This document shows, piece by piece, positions 54,059 to 64,000 of a stretch of DNA of 64,000 bases. This DNA comes from Candidatus Versatilivorator sp. (lineage in GTDB: Bacteria; Acidobacteriota; Terriglobia; Versatilivoradales; Versatilivoraceae). The notes beneath the pieces were generated by a model that was not told the DNA's origin, did no database searches, and saw only the letters and a program-made list of their open reading frames with translations. Each line of letters starts with the position of its first letter. Position 1 is the first letter of the stretch. A program made the position numbers and the translations under genes. Location of the stretch: assembly GCA_965207735.1 (NCBI GenBank), contig OZ242296.1, forward strand, positions 672,001 through 736,000, given 5' to 3'.

Positions 54059-54679
54059 CTAGGATGTAGCCGTGCGTGGCTGGATCCAGCGTTGGTAGGC
54101 TTCGGGGGTGTCGACGTCAACCAGGATCTGATCCGATTCCCATTCCAGATGGCAGATTTGTTGACGATGCTGCCTGACCACGGCGACGGCCCCTTCTTCC
54201 GGACTGGCGGCCAGCAGTTCGGGAAAGAGTTCCTTGGCGAACAGGACCGGATGTCCCCGCCTCCTCTGAAAGGAAGGAATCACAATGGGATGGCCTCCCT
54301 GGCTGAAGCAGTCCAGCAGCGCGTCGATCAGGGCGCTGTCGACCAGGGGATGGTCGACCAGGAACAGCATCAATCCGTCGCAGGTCTCCCGATCGAGAGC
54401 CCGGATGCCGGTTTGCAGAGAGGATAGTTGACCCTCCCGGTAGCGGGAGTTGACGACGGTTGCCGCCCTCAGGTCCGGCAGACGGTCGAGGATGGATTCG
54501 GGCCGATGGCCCAGCACGATCTTCAGGTCGACCAGCCGGGAGGCCCGAATCTGATGGACGATATGCTCCAGGAAGGTGGTGCCGAAGATCGGCAGCAAGG
54601 CCTTGGGGCGCCCCATGCGTTGCGATCGACCCGCGGCCAGGATGACGCCGCTGACCCTTTTGTCCCTGGGAGTCGTCAA
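54059..54679 (-). CDS. MocA/MobA-like nucleotidyltransferase
   Basis: ILAAGRSQRMGRPKALL, LVDHP, RRGHPVLF, DVDTPE. Confidence 0.88.
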   Translation of the reverse strand: MTTPRDKRVSGVILAAGRSQRMGRPKALLPIFGTTFLEHIVHQIRASRLVDLKIVLGHRPESILDRLPDLRAATVVNSRYREGQLSSLQTGIRALDRETCDGLMLFLVDHPLVDSALIDALLDCFSQGGHPIVIPSFQRRRGHPVLFAKELFPELLAASPEEGAVAVVRQHRQQICHLEWESDQILVDVDTPEAYQRWIQPRTATS

Positions 54680-55542
54680 TTTCCCGCGGCCTCTTCCGGA
54701 TCGAGATCGGAGTCGTCCCGGGGATAGGAACCTAGAATCTTCAAGTACCCGGCCAATTCCTTCAGATGAGCTATGGCCCTTTTGCAGCGCCTGTCCTCGA
54801 TACTGCCGGCGAAGTCGACGTAGAACAGATATTCCCAGGGTTTGCCGTGCAGGGGGCGAGATTCTATCTTGTAGAGGTCGATGTCCCTGAGTGCGAAAAC
54901 GCTCATTGAACGGAACAGAGCCCCTGGAAGGTTCTGGATGGAAAAAACGATGGAAGTCTTGCTGGCATTGGCGATTCTGTGACGCCCCTTGGCCAGCAAA
55001 AGAAACCGGGTGAAGTTGGCGAAGTCGTCCTGCAGATTTTCTCGCAGGATGCTCATGCCGTACAAACGTGCGGCCAGATCACTCGCGATGGCGGCGCCGT
55101 CAAGGATTTTCTCATCCTTGATTTTCTTGACGCTGCCCGCGGTGTCATAGGTCGGGATGATTTCAAGCTTGCCCAGACGAGCGGTATTTCTGCGGCACTG
55201 CATGAGCGCCTGAGGGTGGGAAAAGACACGACGAATTTGAGAAAGCCCGACCCCGGGGTTGGCGATCAGGTGGTGCAGGATGCGGAGCTTCAACTCTCCA
55301 ATAATCGTGAGCCGGTGGCGCAACAAAAGGTCGTAGTTCAGGTGGATGCTGCCTGCCAGCGAATTCTCGATGGGAATGACGCCGAATTCCGCCTCTTCCC
55401 GCTGGACTCTCTGAAACACCAAGTCAAAAGTCTCACAGGGAATCAGGCGGTCGGCGCCGGGGAAGAAACGCCGCGAGGCAATCTCGCTGTATGCCCCCGG
55501 CTCGCCCTGGTAGGCGACGACTTGGTCTTGGTCGGCCGGCAT
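54676..55542 (-). CDS. pheA: Prephenate dehydratase
   Basis: VAYQGEPGAYSE, PIENS, SHPQALMQC, NFTRF, ACT domain with KIESRP. Confidence 0.94.
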   Translation of the reverse strand: MPADQDQVVAYQGEPGAYSEIASRRFFPGADRLIPCETFDLVFQRVQREEAEFGVIPIENSLAGSIHLNYDLLLRHRLTIIGELKLRILHHLIANPGVGLSQIRRVFSHPQALMQCRRNTARLGKLEIIPTYDTAGSVKKIKDEKILDGAAIASDLAARLYGMSILRENLQDDFANFTRFLLLAKGRHRIANASKTSIVFSIQNLPGALFRSMSVFALRDIDLYKIESRPLHGKPWEYLFYVDFAGSIEDRRCKRAIAHLKELAGYLKILGSYPRDDSDLDPEEAAGN

Positions 55543-55745
55543 GGGGGTCCTGCCTCCGGTAAGTCAGGTCCGGGACATCGATGCAATCCCGGGAAGTGGG
55601 TGAATGTGCGGTTCCCGCAAGAAGCCGACCGGATTACGGGTTCCGTTGACAAATCGGAAGCCGTTGCTCGACAATGTCTTTCCTTGCGTTGCGTCGCCGG
55701 GGAAGGCCCAGCGGAAGTGTTGTTGGCACGGGGAGGAACCGCCCA

Positions 55746-57080
55746 ATGAGAATATTGCCGTTTCGGGGTTACCGCTACAATCTAGAACGTATTCCCAACC
55801 TGGACGACGTGATCTCGCTGCCCTACGATCAGTTCAAGGGTTCCCGAGACGACCGGTTCCACCAGCGCCATCCCTTTAACATCGCGCATCTTATCATGAA
55901 CCCCGAGACCGGTAGGGATTCCCCCTCCTGGAATCGATATACCCGGTCCAAGAACTTGCTGGATCTATGGATGAAGGAATCGATCTTCCTGCAGGACGAT
56001 CAGCCCAGCATTTATCCCTATTATCAAGACTTTCCCCTTGTCGGAGGACCCGCCGTAACCCGAAAGGGATTCGTGGCTCTGGGCGAAGTGACCGATTACT
56101 CCCAGGGCATCGTACGGCCCCACGAGCGCACCATGACCAAGCCCAAGCAGGATCGCCTGGAGCTCCTGCGCTCCACTCGGGTCGACTCGGGCCTTATCTT
56201 TGTCCTCTACTCGGATCCCCGGGGGGAGATCGAGGCTATTCTGGATGAAGCGGCCGGGCCTCAGCCGGCCATGACGGCAGCCGGTCCGGACAGGATGTTG
56301 AATCGGTTGTGGCGGGTATCGGACCCAACGCCAATCGCTCGCATCCGACAGGCTATGGAGGACAAGCCCGTAATCATTGCCGACGGCCACCATCGCTACG
56401 AGGTGGCGGTGGAGTTCAGCCGGGAGGCCATGAAACGTCGCCCCGAGGACCCGGCTTGGGAAAACTATCGATTCAAGCTCTTCAGCTTCGTTCGACAGGA
56501 ATCCCCAGCCATCGCTATCTTGCCCATCCACCGCATCCTGAGGAATATGGAGGCGTTCGATGCTTCCCAATTTCTTAGGAAACTCGAGTCCTTCTTTTCC
56601 ATTGAAGCGATTGAAGTCGGTGGCGGTATTCCACCCGGAGGGCTCGAGGAGTTGCTGCAACAAATGCGGCTTCGCCAGTCCGCGGGACACGCGGCCATGG
56701 GAGTCTACCTGCCCGCACTGAACCGGTTGGCCCTGTTGACGTTTCGAAAGGAGGCGGCGGAAAGCCTGGATTGGCCGGGAGACAAGTCCGAGACCTGGCG
56801 CCAATTGGATGTTTCCATCCTTCAGGTGGCCATTTTGGGCCGGATACTGAACCTTGGGGAGCGGGAACTGGCCGAGGGTAACTTTGTGGAGTATGTCAGT
56901 GACGCCGGGGAGGCGATCCTGAAGGCGGCGGACGGATCCTGCCAATGCGCCATTCTGCTGAATCCCACACCCATGGAGCAGGTCGAGGCCGTGGTGGAGG
57001 CCGGAGACCTGCTACCCCAGAAAACCACCCACTTTCACCCCAAGCTCATGGAAGGTCTGGTGTTTGCCAAACACCTTTAG
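55746..57080 (+). CDS. DUF1015 family protein
   Basis: ILPFRGYRY, PYD, PHERT, IADGHHRY, PQKTTHFHPK..GL. Confidence 0.88.
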   Translation: MRILPFRGYRYNLERIPNLDDVISLPYDQFKGSRDDRFHQRHPFNIAHLIMNPETGRDSPSWNRYTRSKNLLDLWMKESIFLQDDQPSIYPYYQDFPLVGGPAVTRKGFVALGEVTDYSQGIVRPHERTMTKPKQDRLELLRSTRVDSGLIFVLYSDPRGEIEAILDEAAGPQPAMTAAGPDRMLNRLWRVSDPTPIARIRQAMEDKPVIIADGHHRYEVAVEFSREAMKRRPEDPAWENYRFKLFSFVRQESPAIAILPIHRILRNMEAFDASQFLRKLESFFSIEAIEVGGGIPPGGLEELLQQMRLRQSAGHAAMGVYLPALNRLALLTFRKEAAESLDWPGDKSETWRQLDVSILQVAILGRILNLGERELAEGNFVEYVSDAGEAILKAADGSCQCAILLNPTPMEQVEAVVEAGDLLPQKTTHFHPKLMEGLVFAKHL

Positions 57081-57317
57081 CTCGCATTCCTCAACAAGGG
57101 GCTCCAGGAGTACAAACCCCGGTGCCAAATCCGGATCGGCCGCTCCCTCCCACGACGGTGCGGATCATTCAGAGGAGAAACAGCCAGCTGTTTGCGTTTT
57201 GGAAAGAGACAGGATTAATAGGACCAGAGGCCGCTGCACGGGACGCTGACTGGGAATCGGGGCGTTGGGCACGGCCAAGGCGCGCCACGGGGAAGATCAA
57301 TCGAGAAGGACTAAGAA

Positions 57318-57476
57318 TTGAACATGGATGCACAGGATGCACAGGATTTACAGGACGAGAGCTTCCTGCACCAGAAGCCAACTCGGGCGAAGATCCGGTG
57401 CGGACTTGCGGATTCCCGGCATTAGAAGCCATCCGTTTCCTGAACAATCCTGTGAATCCTGTGCATCGATGTTAAT
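57318..57476. mobile_element. Second element with ACATGGATGCACAGGAT-type inverted ends
   Basis: TTGAACATGGATGCACAGGATGCACAGGAT ... AATCCTGTGAATCCTGTGCATCGATGT; same ends as 48703-48916 but a different interior. Confidence 0.7.
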
Positions 57477-57656
57477 GATCTCTTTAAATCACGATGGGGT
57501 CGGAAGCCCCCCCACTGGCTCCGCCGCGGTCCTTGTTGCTTCTTCGCGGACAAATCCTCTTTGTCCCTTGTGTCCTTCGTTGACCCCCCTTGCCGACCTT
57601 CATCCCATCCCTCTTGGGCCTTCTCCAGCGCCTTGGTGTCCCTTCGTCGTTCTTCG

Positions 57657-59651
57657 GTAGAGTCGAGGGGAGGCGCGCCGGCCTTAGATCGAGGGAGTCG
57701 CTGTTGCCGGCGGCTTTCGCCACTCGCCGGTGCCTCAATCTCGTTCCTCGCTGCGTTTCCTCGCCCCCGCTCGTCAAACCGGACGTGCGGTTTTCCCGCA
57801 TCCGGCTTTCAGTCAAGATCATGCCTTCGCCCTCGGAAGGCTCTGTGGCTTCGACCCCAGGCAAGTGAGTCCATAGGTTTTCCATAGTCTCTCGTCCGAG
57901 AAGCGCACACTCCCCCCGGTCCTCACCTTGTGCTTCCGACAGAGCCACTGACGCAGCCGCCCGCCCGCGTGGCGGTCGATCGCTCGGTAGGCCGGGCTCA
58001 CCTGCCCCAGAACGAAGTAGTTCGCCCACCCGGTCATCGCCCGGTTCAGGTGTTCTACCATCTGTCCTCGAAGCAGCGTCCCGTTCCTCGGCGCCGTCCA
58101 CTCGCTGATCTTGCGGCAGATGCTCTGGACGCTCGCCTGGCTGGGTCGTGTGCCGATGTAGGCTCCTTTCCCTTTGGGGCGATAGTTGCGTCCGATGCGA
58201 TATCCCAGAAACCCCATCGGTTCCTCCGGACACCGCAAGCATCGGGTCTTCCGCTCGTTGACCGGTAGCTTCAGCTCCTCCATGATCCGCTTGACCGCCG
58301 TCAGCATCTCTGCCGCCGGTGCCCTGCCGAGTACACGGAAGTCATCCGCATAGTTGACGATCTCCGCACAGAAGCGCCGGGCATATCCCAGCACCTTCCA
58401 GCCCAAAACGAAGCGCCGCATGTAGAGATTGCTGAGCAACGGTGAGATCGGGGCTCCTTGCGGTGTCCCCTTCCGCTCCCGGCGCCCTCGGTTCCGGCGG
58501 CGTCTGCCACCCTTCCCGTCGTCCTCCTCCACCGGCATCTCCAGCCATGCCTTGATGAGCTTGAGCATCCTCCCGTCACTCACGCGCCGGGCAATGCTTC
58601 GAATCAGCTCCGCATGCGGAATCTCGCCGAAGTAGTTGGACAGGTCGCCGTCAACCACCTCCTGGTAACCCCTTTGCAGGAGTTCATGCACGCGTTTGAC
58701 CGCGTCGTTGGCACTCCGCCCCCGCCGATAGCCATATTGCTCCGGTTGCAGGTCCGCTTCGAAGATCGGCTCCAACACCAGCAAAGCCGCCGTCTGCGCT
58801 ACCCGGTCCCGTATGCAGGGTATGCCCAAAGGCCGGAACTTGCCGGGCTGTTTCTTCGGGATCAGCACCTGCCGCACCGGCTTCGGTACGTAGGTTCCTT
58901 CCCTCAGGTCCCGCGCCAGTTCCCCCAGCCAGCCCTCCACCCCATACGCCTCGATGTCCTTGAAGCCCTCCCCGTCCACCCCGGCCGACCCGCCGTTTCG
59001 GCGTACCTGTGCCCAGGCTTCCTTCAGAAAGTCCTCTCGCCACACCTTGTCCGACAGCGCATGAAACCGCCGCTTGGGGTCCTCCTTCGCTTTCGCATGT
59101 AGCATGGTCTGGAATTTCCGAACCCCCTCTGACCCTGTTAGACTCTTGTCAGTGGCCACGCCTTGCCTCCTTTCCATGCTGCTCTCAACTCAGGGTCCCT
59201 TCCCTCCACCGGCGTTACCCGGCTTCTCCGGTACTACCGACCCATCCGCCACCCTGACGGCCCGGCCTGCCCCTCGCGGGGTCCCGGTTGATGTGTGCCG
59301 CATCTCCCCCAGGGCTTCCCGTGTTGCTGCCTTCTTCCCCTTCCATGCGTGCCAGCGTCACTACCCCGACGGAAGCGGATCGGTGCCCGCGTCGCTCTCT
59401 TCCCCATCCGCCAACGGCCTTCCCCTAAAGACAGGAGGGTCGGCTTCCGTATTGTCCGTTTCGAGGCCTGCTCGACGTTCACTCGCGTTCCGGCCCGCAT
59501 GCTCGCTGAGCCGCCCTTGGCGGCCCTTGACCCCAGAGTGCTTCAGACCATTTCGTTACCTCCATGATCCGCCCTGGCTGCTACCAACCGGAGCGACAGT
59601 TGTTGGGCGGGGTTCGCACCCGCCAGAAGAAGGCGCCTTTCCACGGCGCAC
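57657..59651 (-). mobile_element. Group II intron encoding an RT/maturase (1995 nt)
   Basis: 5' GTGCGCCGTGGAAAGGCGCC, 3' CTCGACTCTAC; domain V AAGCCGGATGCGGGAAAACCGCACGTCCGGTTT. Boundaries are fixed by the empty allele near 49510-49541. Confidence 0.93.
57819..59177 (-). CDS. ltrA: Group II intron reverse transcriptase/maturase, no endonuclease domain
   Basis: RPLGIPCIRDRVAQ, YGYR, DLSNYFG, GTPQGAPISPLLSNLY, YADD, FLGY, GWANYF; 452 aa; no HNH motif. Confidence 0.95.
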   Translation of the reverse strand: MERRQGVATDKSLTGSEGVRKFQTMLHAKAKEDPKRRFHALSDKVWREDFLKEAWAQVRRNGGSAGVDGEGFKDIEAYGVEGWLGELARDLREGTYVPKPVRQVLIPKKQPGKFRPLGIPCIRDRVAQTAALLVLEPIFEADLQPEQYGYRRGRSANDAVKRVHELLQRGYQEVVDGDLSNYFGEIPHAELIRSIARRVSDGRMLKLIKAWLEMPVEEDDGKGGRRRRNRGRRERKGTPQGAPISPLLSNLYMRRFVLGWKVLGYARRFCAEIVNYADDFRVLGRAPAAEMLTAVKRIMEELKLPVNERKTRCLRCPEEPMGFLGYRIGRNYRPKGKGAYIGTRPSQASVQSICRKISEWTAPRNGTLLRGQMVEHLNRAMTGWANYFVLGQVSPAYRAIDRHAGGRLRQWLCRKHKVRTGGSVRFSDERLWKTYGLTCLGSKPQSLPRAKA

Positions 59652-59705
59652 TGCCCCTTCGTGGATAAGTCTTTTTCTCTTGTCTCTTGTCGTTTTTCGG
59701 TTATT

Positions 59706-60701
59706 TCAGGCAAGTCCAGCTCGCCCGGAGGCGGCCCGAAACCAGGCTGTGAAGCGGGCAAGCCCCTCTTCAAAGGCGACCTTGGGAGCATAGCCCAATA
59801 CCCTGGCCGCCTTTCCCAGGTCGGCATGGGTGATGGGCATATCGGCGGCTTGATCTTCTTGCATACGGAGCATGGCCGGCTTGCCGAGGGCCCTCTCCAG
59901 AAGGCGAACCATCCTTTTCAGGGGGATCGGATTGCCGCTGCCGAGATTGAACACTTCAAAGCCAACCTTCAGGGCCAGAGCCGCCGCAATTCCGTCCACG
60001 ATGTCGTCGACATAAGTGTAGTCGCGCAGTGAGTTGCCGTCTCCGAACAGCGTGACGGGGCGGTTTTCGTCGATGGCCCGCGCGAACTTGTGCATGGCCA
60101 GGTCGGGACGCTGCCGGGGACCGTAGACCGAAAAAAAACGGAGGCAGATCACCTCGAGGTCATAGAGGCGAGCGAAGCATTGGCACAGCTTCTCGCCGGC
60201 CAGCTTGGTGACCCCGTATGGCGACAGCGGATCGAGACGGCTCTCCTCTTCCGAAAAAGGCGCTCGGCTGGTCTTGCCGTAGACCGAGCTGGAAGAGCCG
60301 AAGATGAACTGCCGGCACATTCCCCGACGGGCCAGTTCCAGCAGCCCCAGCGTTCCCTGGAGGTTGACCTGTCCGTACAACAGGGGCTGAGTCAAGGAAG
60401 AGCGAACGCCCGTTCGTGCCGCCAGGTGGATGACGGCGTCGTAGGATTTCCCGGACAGCGCCGATTGAAGCTGCTCAGGGTTTGCGATGTCCACCTGGAG
60501 GAAGTCGAATCTTCCCTGCTCCGACACTTGGCTCAAATTCTCCTGCTTGAGATGGGTGGCGTAGGCATCGTTGAGGTTGTCCAGGATGGTGACGTGAGCC
60601 CCGGCGCCCAGCAGGCGTTCCGCCAGGTGGGAGCCGATGAAACCGGCGCCGCCGGTAAGCAGTATGGAGGTTCCCGGAGAGACCCCGGGAGTGGGGTTCA
60701 A
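59706..60701 (-). CDS. NAD-dependent epimerase (UDP-glucuronate 4-epimerase-like)
   Basis: TGGAGFIG, HLAA, SSSSVYG, SPYGVTK, GPRQRPDLA, RDYTYVDD. Start placed at a TTG overlapping the nadA stop. Confidence 0.88.
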   Translation of the reverse strand: MNPTPGVSPGTSILLTGGAGFIGSHLAERLLGAGAHVTILDNLNDAYATHLKQENLSQVSEQGRFDFLQVDIANPEQLQSALSGKSYDAVIHLAARTGVRSSLTQPLLYGQVNLQGTLGLLELARRGMCRQFIFGSSSSVYGKTSRAPFSEEESRLDPLSPYGVTKLAGEKLCQCFARLYDLEVICLRFFSVYGPRQRPDLAMHKFARAIDENRPVTLFGDGNSLRDYTYVDDIVDGIAAALALKVGFEVFNLGSGNPIPLKRMVRLLERALGKPAMLRMQEDQAADMPITHADLGKAARVLGYAPKVAFEEGLARFTAWFRAASGRAGLA

Positions 60702-61744
60702 TGGATCTCCAGCATCCGGTCCACCGCCCGCTTGGCTTTCAGCCGGATTTGCTCCGGGACATCGACCACATATCGGTTTTGGAGGAGTGAGTCGAGGGTG
60801 TCCTGCAGGGTGATCTGGTTCATGTGGGGGCAGCGAACGCTGCACAAGCGGAGCATCTCCTTGTCGGGATTTTCGGCCGCGACGTTGTCTGCCATGCTGC
60901 ATTCGGTCATCAGCAGATAGCGAGGGGAGCGTGCCTGTTCCACAAAGCGAATCATGGCCGAGGTGCTTCCCGAGAAGTCGGATGCCTCAACCACTTCCGG
61001 ACTGCACTCGGGGTGGGCCAGGACCACTACGTCGGGGAACTGCCGGCGCACGTTCTCGATGTCTTCCACGTTGAACTTCTCGTGAACCTCGCATTTGCCG
61101 TGCCAGCCCAGGATCTGGTAGTCCATGTGGGGATCCTGCTTGTCCCCGGGAATGGGTCTGTCGGTGGGAAAAATGATGTGTTTGCCGCTTTCGCGAGCCA
61201 CGTTTCTGGCCAGGTATTCGTCGGGAAGAAAGATGACCGTGTCGGTCTTGAAAGATTCAATCACCGCCAAGGCGTTGCTGGAAGTACAGCAGACGTCGCT
61301 TTCGGCCTTTATGTCGGCATAGGTGTTGACGTAGGTCACCACCGGAACTCCTGGAAAACGCTCGCGCAGTTCGCGCACGTCCTCGGCAGTGATGCTGGCT
61401 GCCAGGGAACAGCCTGCCTCCAAGGAGGGAATCAGCACCGTCTTGTGCGGACTCAGGATCTTGGCTGTTTCCGCCATGAAGCGGACCCCGCAGAAAACGA
61501 TGGGATCGCCGTCGGTGGTGGCGGCCAGCCGGCTCAATTCCAGGGAATCTCCGGTGTAATCGGGCACCGAATGGTACAGTCCGGGCTCCATGTAGTTGTG
61601 TCCCAGGATCACCGCGCCCAGGTCGCCCTTCAATTGATTGATGCGGCACGCCAATTCGGCTTTGGCCCGGATTTCAAAATCGGGCAGGACATCGTACAGC
61701 TTCTTCCGAAGCAGGTGATAAGTTTGCGAGGCGTCTGCGGTCAT
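60698..61744 (-). CDS. nadA: Quinolinate synthase
   Basis: GHNY, GDSL, FCGVRFMAE, AGCSLA, YVNT, CCTSSNA, HPEC, GSTS, CPHM. Confidence 0.96.
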   Translation of the reverse strand: MTADASQTYHLLRKKLYDVLPDFEIRAKAELACRINQLKGDLGAVILGHNYMEPGLYHSVPDYTGDSLELSRLAATTDGDPIVFCGVRFMAETAKILSPHKTVLIPSLEAGCSLAASITAEDVRELRERFPGVPVVTYVNTYADIKAESDVCCTSSNALAVIESFKTDTVIFLPDEYLARNVARESGKHIIFPTDRPIPGDKQDPHMDYQILGWHGKCEVHEKFNVEDIENVRRQFPDVVVLAHPECSPEVVEASDFSGSTSAMIRFVEQARSPRYLLMTECSMADNVAAENPDKEMLRLCSVRCPHMNQITLQDTLDSLLQNRYVVDVPEQIRLKAKRAVDRMLEIH

Positions 61745-62015
61745 TGGACTTTAACCGGCCGTCAAGTCGATTCCTGGAAAAGGGCGAGATCTTGGATCGT
61801 GTAAAAAAACAGTATAACGCCGAACCAGAGTTGAGGCAATTTCGGACGTTGGGTTGGTCTGGCGGGATCGCAAAAAGAGTTATCCACGAAGGGCCGCTAA
61901 GGCATCGAGGTGAACCGCGACGGGATACCACGGTCGCGAAAGGATTATCGATTTCCGGGCCTTTCGCAAAAGGCTCTAAATGATGATTCCCTGGGCGTCA
62001 GCCCGGGGTTCCAAT

Positions 62016-62100
62016 AGAGCGGCGAAGCCGCGGCAGCAGGTAGCCGTGGGCGTAAGCCCATGGAAAGCGTAGCGCAAGAGTCCGAGCCGCGTAGGCGGCG
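62016..62100. repeat. REP-like palindromic unit, inverse copy of 49279-49362
   Basis: GAGCGGCGAAGCCGCGGCAGCA..TAGCCGTGGGCGTAAGCCCA..GAGCCGCGTAGGCGGC. Confidence 0.7.
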
Positions 62101-62797
62101 ACCACACCAATTAGATTGTAAACCGTTACATATAATAGACTTAATGTGTCTTGTCCTGTTTCAATCCCCTCATTATATCCCTCTAATTGAACGGGAATCC
62201 ATTGGACCGTTCGGGACGTTGGCGGACAAGTCTTGCGATCGTTCGACCACGGATACTCGTCCTACGGGACCGTCGAGCGGGGTGGCAAGCTGCCCGTGCC
62301 CAGGATCGGAGATATCGGGTTGTGAACATCCTCCAGACTTGCCCTTCTCGGCCTTCTGGACCATTTGTGGTCTGCTGCTCTTCGGGGGTCTCATCGATGG
62401 GGGCGCGTAGCCAAGAGCCGACGTTGAGGGGCGGCTGGGTGCGGAGGAGCTGGAGCCGTTGACGGGCTTCGGGAGAGCCGCGGATATGAAGTGGAACACG
62501 ATGCAACATAAGACACACCGTAACACATAAAGCAACATTCAGATTACGAAGCTACACGGGGATACACTCATCCAGCATAAGCGCGAAAGGGCGCCCTGAG
62601 GCCTTCCTGCAGGATAATTTGGACGGGAGCGACCCTTGACGGCGCGGGGCGACGCTGTTACCAAAGCGATAGCCCGCGCCTGATCCAGAGCTAGGGATGC
62701 GGAAAGCGCAGCCTGGCTGGGAAAGCTCAACGAAAGCTCAACGATTGTAGTAATATTTATGGGAATTATTACCAATTCAAATACTTTCGGAGGAAAG

Positions 62798-64000
62798 GTG
62801 ACACGATTCATCTCTACCTGCTCCATGGCGGTTGGGGGCCTTGGCGCATTCCTTCTGCTAGGGGCCGGCTTTCAGCCCCTACAGGCGCAGGATAACGATC
62901 AGATCTATTACTTCCCGCATCTTGCCGTGGGAGCCGGCTGGCAAACCACGATTACCTATATCAACTACTCCCCGGCGGAGGTGACCTGCCAAACCGATTT
63001 CCTCTCCGATGACGGGACTCCGCTGATGGTCTCGTTTGCAGAACTGGGAAGGGTTGTGAGCCGGACCGACGTTCTACCACCCGGGGGGGCGGTTCACCAG
63101 GAGACCAACGTTGAGCTGAGCACTCCGCTTGCGCCCGGCTGGGCGAGAGGCAACTGCTCCGGGCCGGTGAAGGCCAGCCTTCTATTTCGTCGATACAACA
63201 GCGAAGGGGTGCCCATCGGGGAAGCTGCAGTCAATGCGACGACGCTTCCGACCACCGGGTTTGTCACCTTCGCCGAACAGGGAGTTGACCAATTTGGGAC
63301 CGGAGTGGCCTATGCCAACCCTTCAGCCGTAGCGGCCCTCGTCACCTTTACGGCCAGGGACGGGGCGGGGCAGACGCTGGCCAGCGTTAGTCACAGTCTG
63401 CCGCCGGGAGGACATGGTTCGCAAAACATGGTGGATCTTTTTGGTCTCACCAGCTTTAGCGGATCGCTCGAAGTCACTTCCACGGAGCCCATCGTTAGCC
63501 TGTCGCTTAATTTCGAAGCCGATCCCGTCTTCTCCTCTTTGCCTCCAGGTGAACTGGATACTTCCTCGCAGGGATCGGCTACGTATTATTTCCCACATCT
63601 TGCCGTAGGAGCGAGTTGGCAAACCACGATTACCTATATCAACTACTCCCCGCAGGAGGTGACCTGCCGGACCGACTTCATTTCGGATCATGGAAGTCCG
63701 CTGACAGTCTTGTTTCCGAGACTGGGAGCGGTTGTGAGTCGGACCGACGTTCTACCACCCGAGGGGGCGGTTCACCAGGAGACCAACGTTGAACTGAGCA
63801 CTCCGCTTGCGCCCGGCTGGGCGAGAGGCAACTGCTCCGGGCCGGTGAAGGCCAGCCTTCTATTTCGTCGATACAACAGCGAAGGGGCGCCCATCGGGGA
63901 AGCTGCAGTCAATGCGACGACGCTTCCGACCACCGGGTTTGTCACCTTTGCCGAACAGGGAGTTGACCAATTTGGGACCGGAGTGGCCTATGCCAACCCT
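62798..64000 (+). CDS. Secreted protein with tandem 226-aa domains; runs off the window end
   Basis: GGAGG RBS, GTG start, signal peptide ending PLQA-Q; domain begins YYFPHLAVGAGWQTTITYIN; frame is open to 64000. Confidence 0.85.
   Translation, partial: MTRFISTCSMAVGGLGAFLLLGAGFQPLQAQDNDQIYYFPHLAVGAGWQTTITYINYSPAEVTCQTDFLSDDGTPLMVSFAELGRVVSRTDVLPPGGAVHQETNVELSTPLAPGWARGNCSGPVKASLLFRRYNSEGVPIGEAAVNATTLPTTGFVTFAEQGVDQFGTGVAYANPSAVAALVTFTARDGAGQTLASVSHSLPPGGHGSQNMVDLFGLTSFSGSLEVTSTEPIVSLSLNFEADPVFSSLPPGELDTSSQGSATYYFPHLAVGASWQTTITYINYSPQEVTCRTDFISDHGSPLTVLFPRLGAVVSRTDVLPPEGAVHQETNVELSTPLAPGWARGNCSGPVKASLLFRRYNSEGAPIGEAAVNATTLPTTGFVTFAEQGVDQFGTGVAYANP
62906..64000 (+). repeat. 678-bp tandem duplication within the CDS
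   Basis: Unit 1 starts at 62906 and unit 2 at 63584, with long identical stretches. Confidence 0.92.

Noticed and set aside
57819-59177. RT as a retron, DGR or CRISPR-associated RT
   Set aside because: It has a group II maturase X domain, sits inside a full intron scaffold, and has no TR/VR pair, msr-msd or cas genes nearby.
61880-61888. DnaA-box-like TTATCCACG (inverse copy near 59660)
   Set aside because: Isolated, and part of the dispersed repeat family; no oriC context.

Overview
GC-rich chromosomal window, probably from an acidobacterium (inferred from the fused lptF-lptG gene and the style of the secreted hypothetical proteins). Housekeeping content: murJ, lpxD, xerD, a HAMP histidine kinase, recO-glyQS-ppdK, comEC (disrupted), queD, a Kef-like antiporter, lptFG, ahcY, a beta-oxidation trio, gcvT-H-PA-PB, CIRCE-controlled groES-EL, kbl, an AGT-like aminotransferase, pheA and nadA. 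The main finding is a nested set of mobile elements. Two apparently identical 869-nt ORF-less group II introns (5224-6092 +, 20025-20893 -) are each inserted at the same bond, CCCGCATTTCTCA^CC, in the terminal inverted repeat (TIR) of an IS1380-family element. One host is a full IS that splits comEC; the other is a ~130-bp MITE. The introns' EBS2+EBS1 sequences are exactly complementary to the outer 13 nt of that TIR. A related RT/maturase-encoding intron (57657-59651 -) has different EBS loops and sits in a different dispersed repeat, whose empty allele is also in the window. Other oddities: a 3x120-bp repeat in xerD, a 47-bp inverted duplication inside the thiolase gene, a collapsed pfk remnant, a probable ATT start for queD, a GxxExxY relic between inverted repeats, a poly-C frameshift in an M28 peptidase, a candidate primase-helicase-nuclease defence gene, and a secreted protein with 226-aa tandem domains. 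All calls were made by eye; no searches were run.
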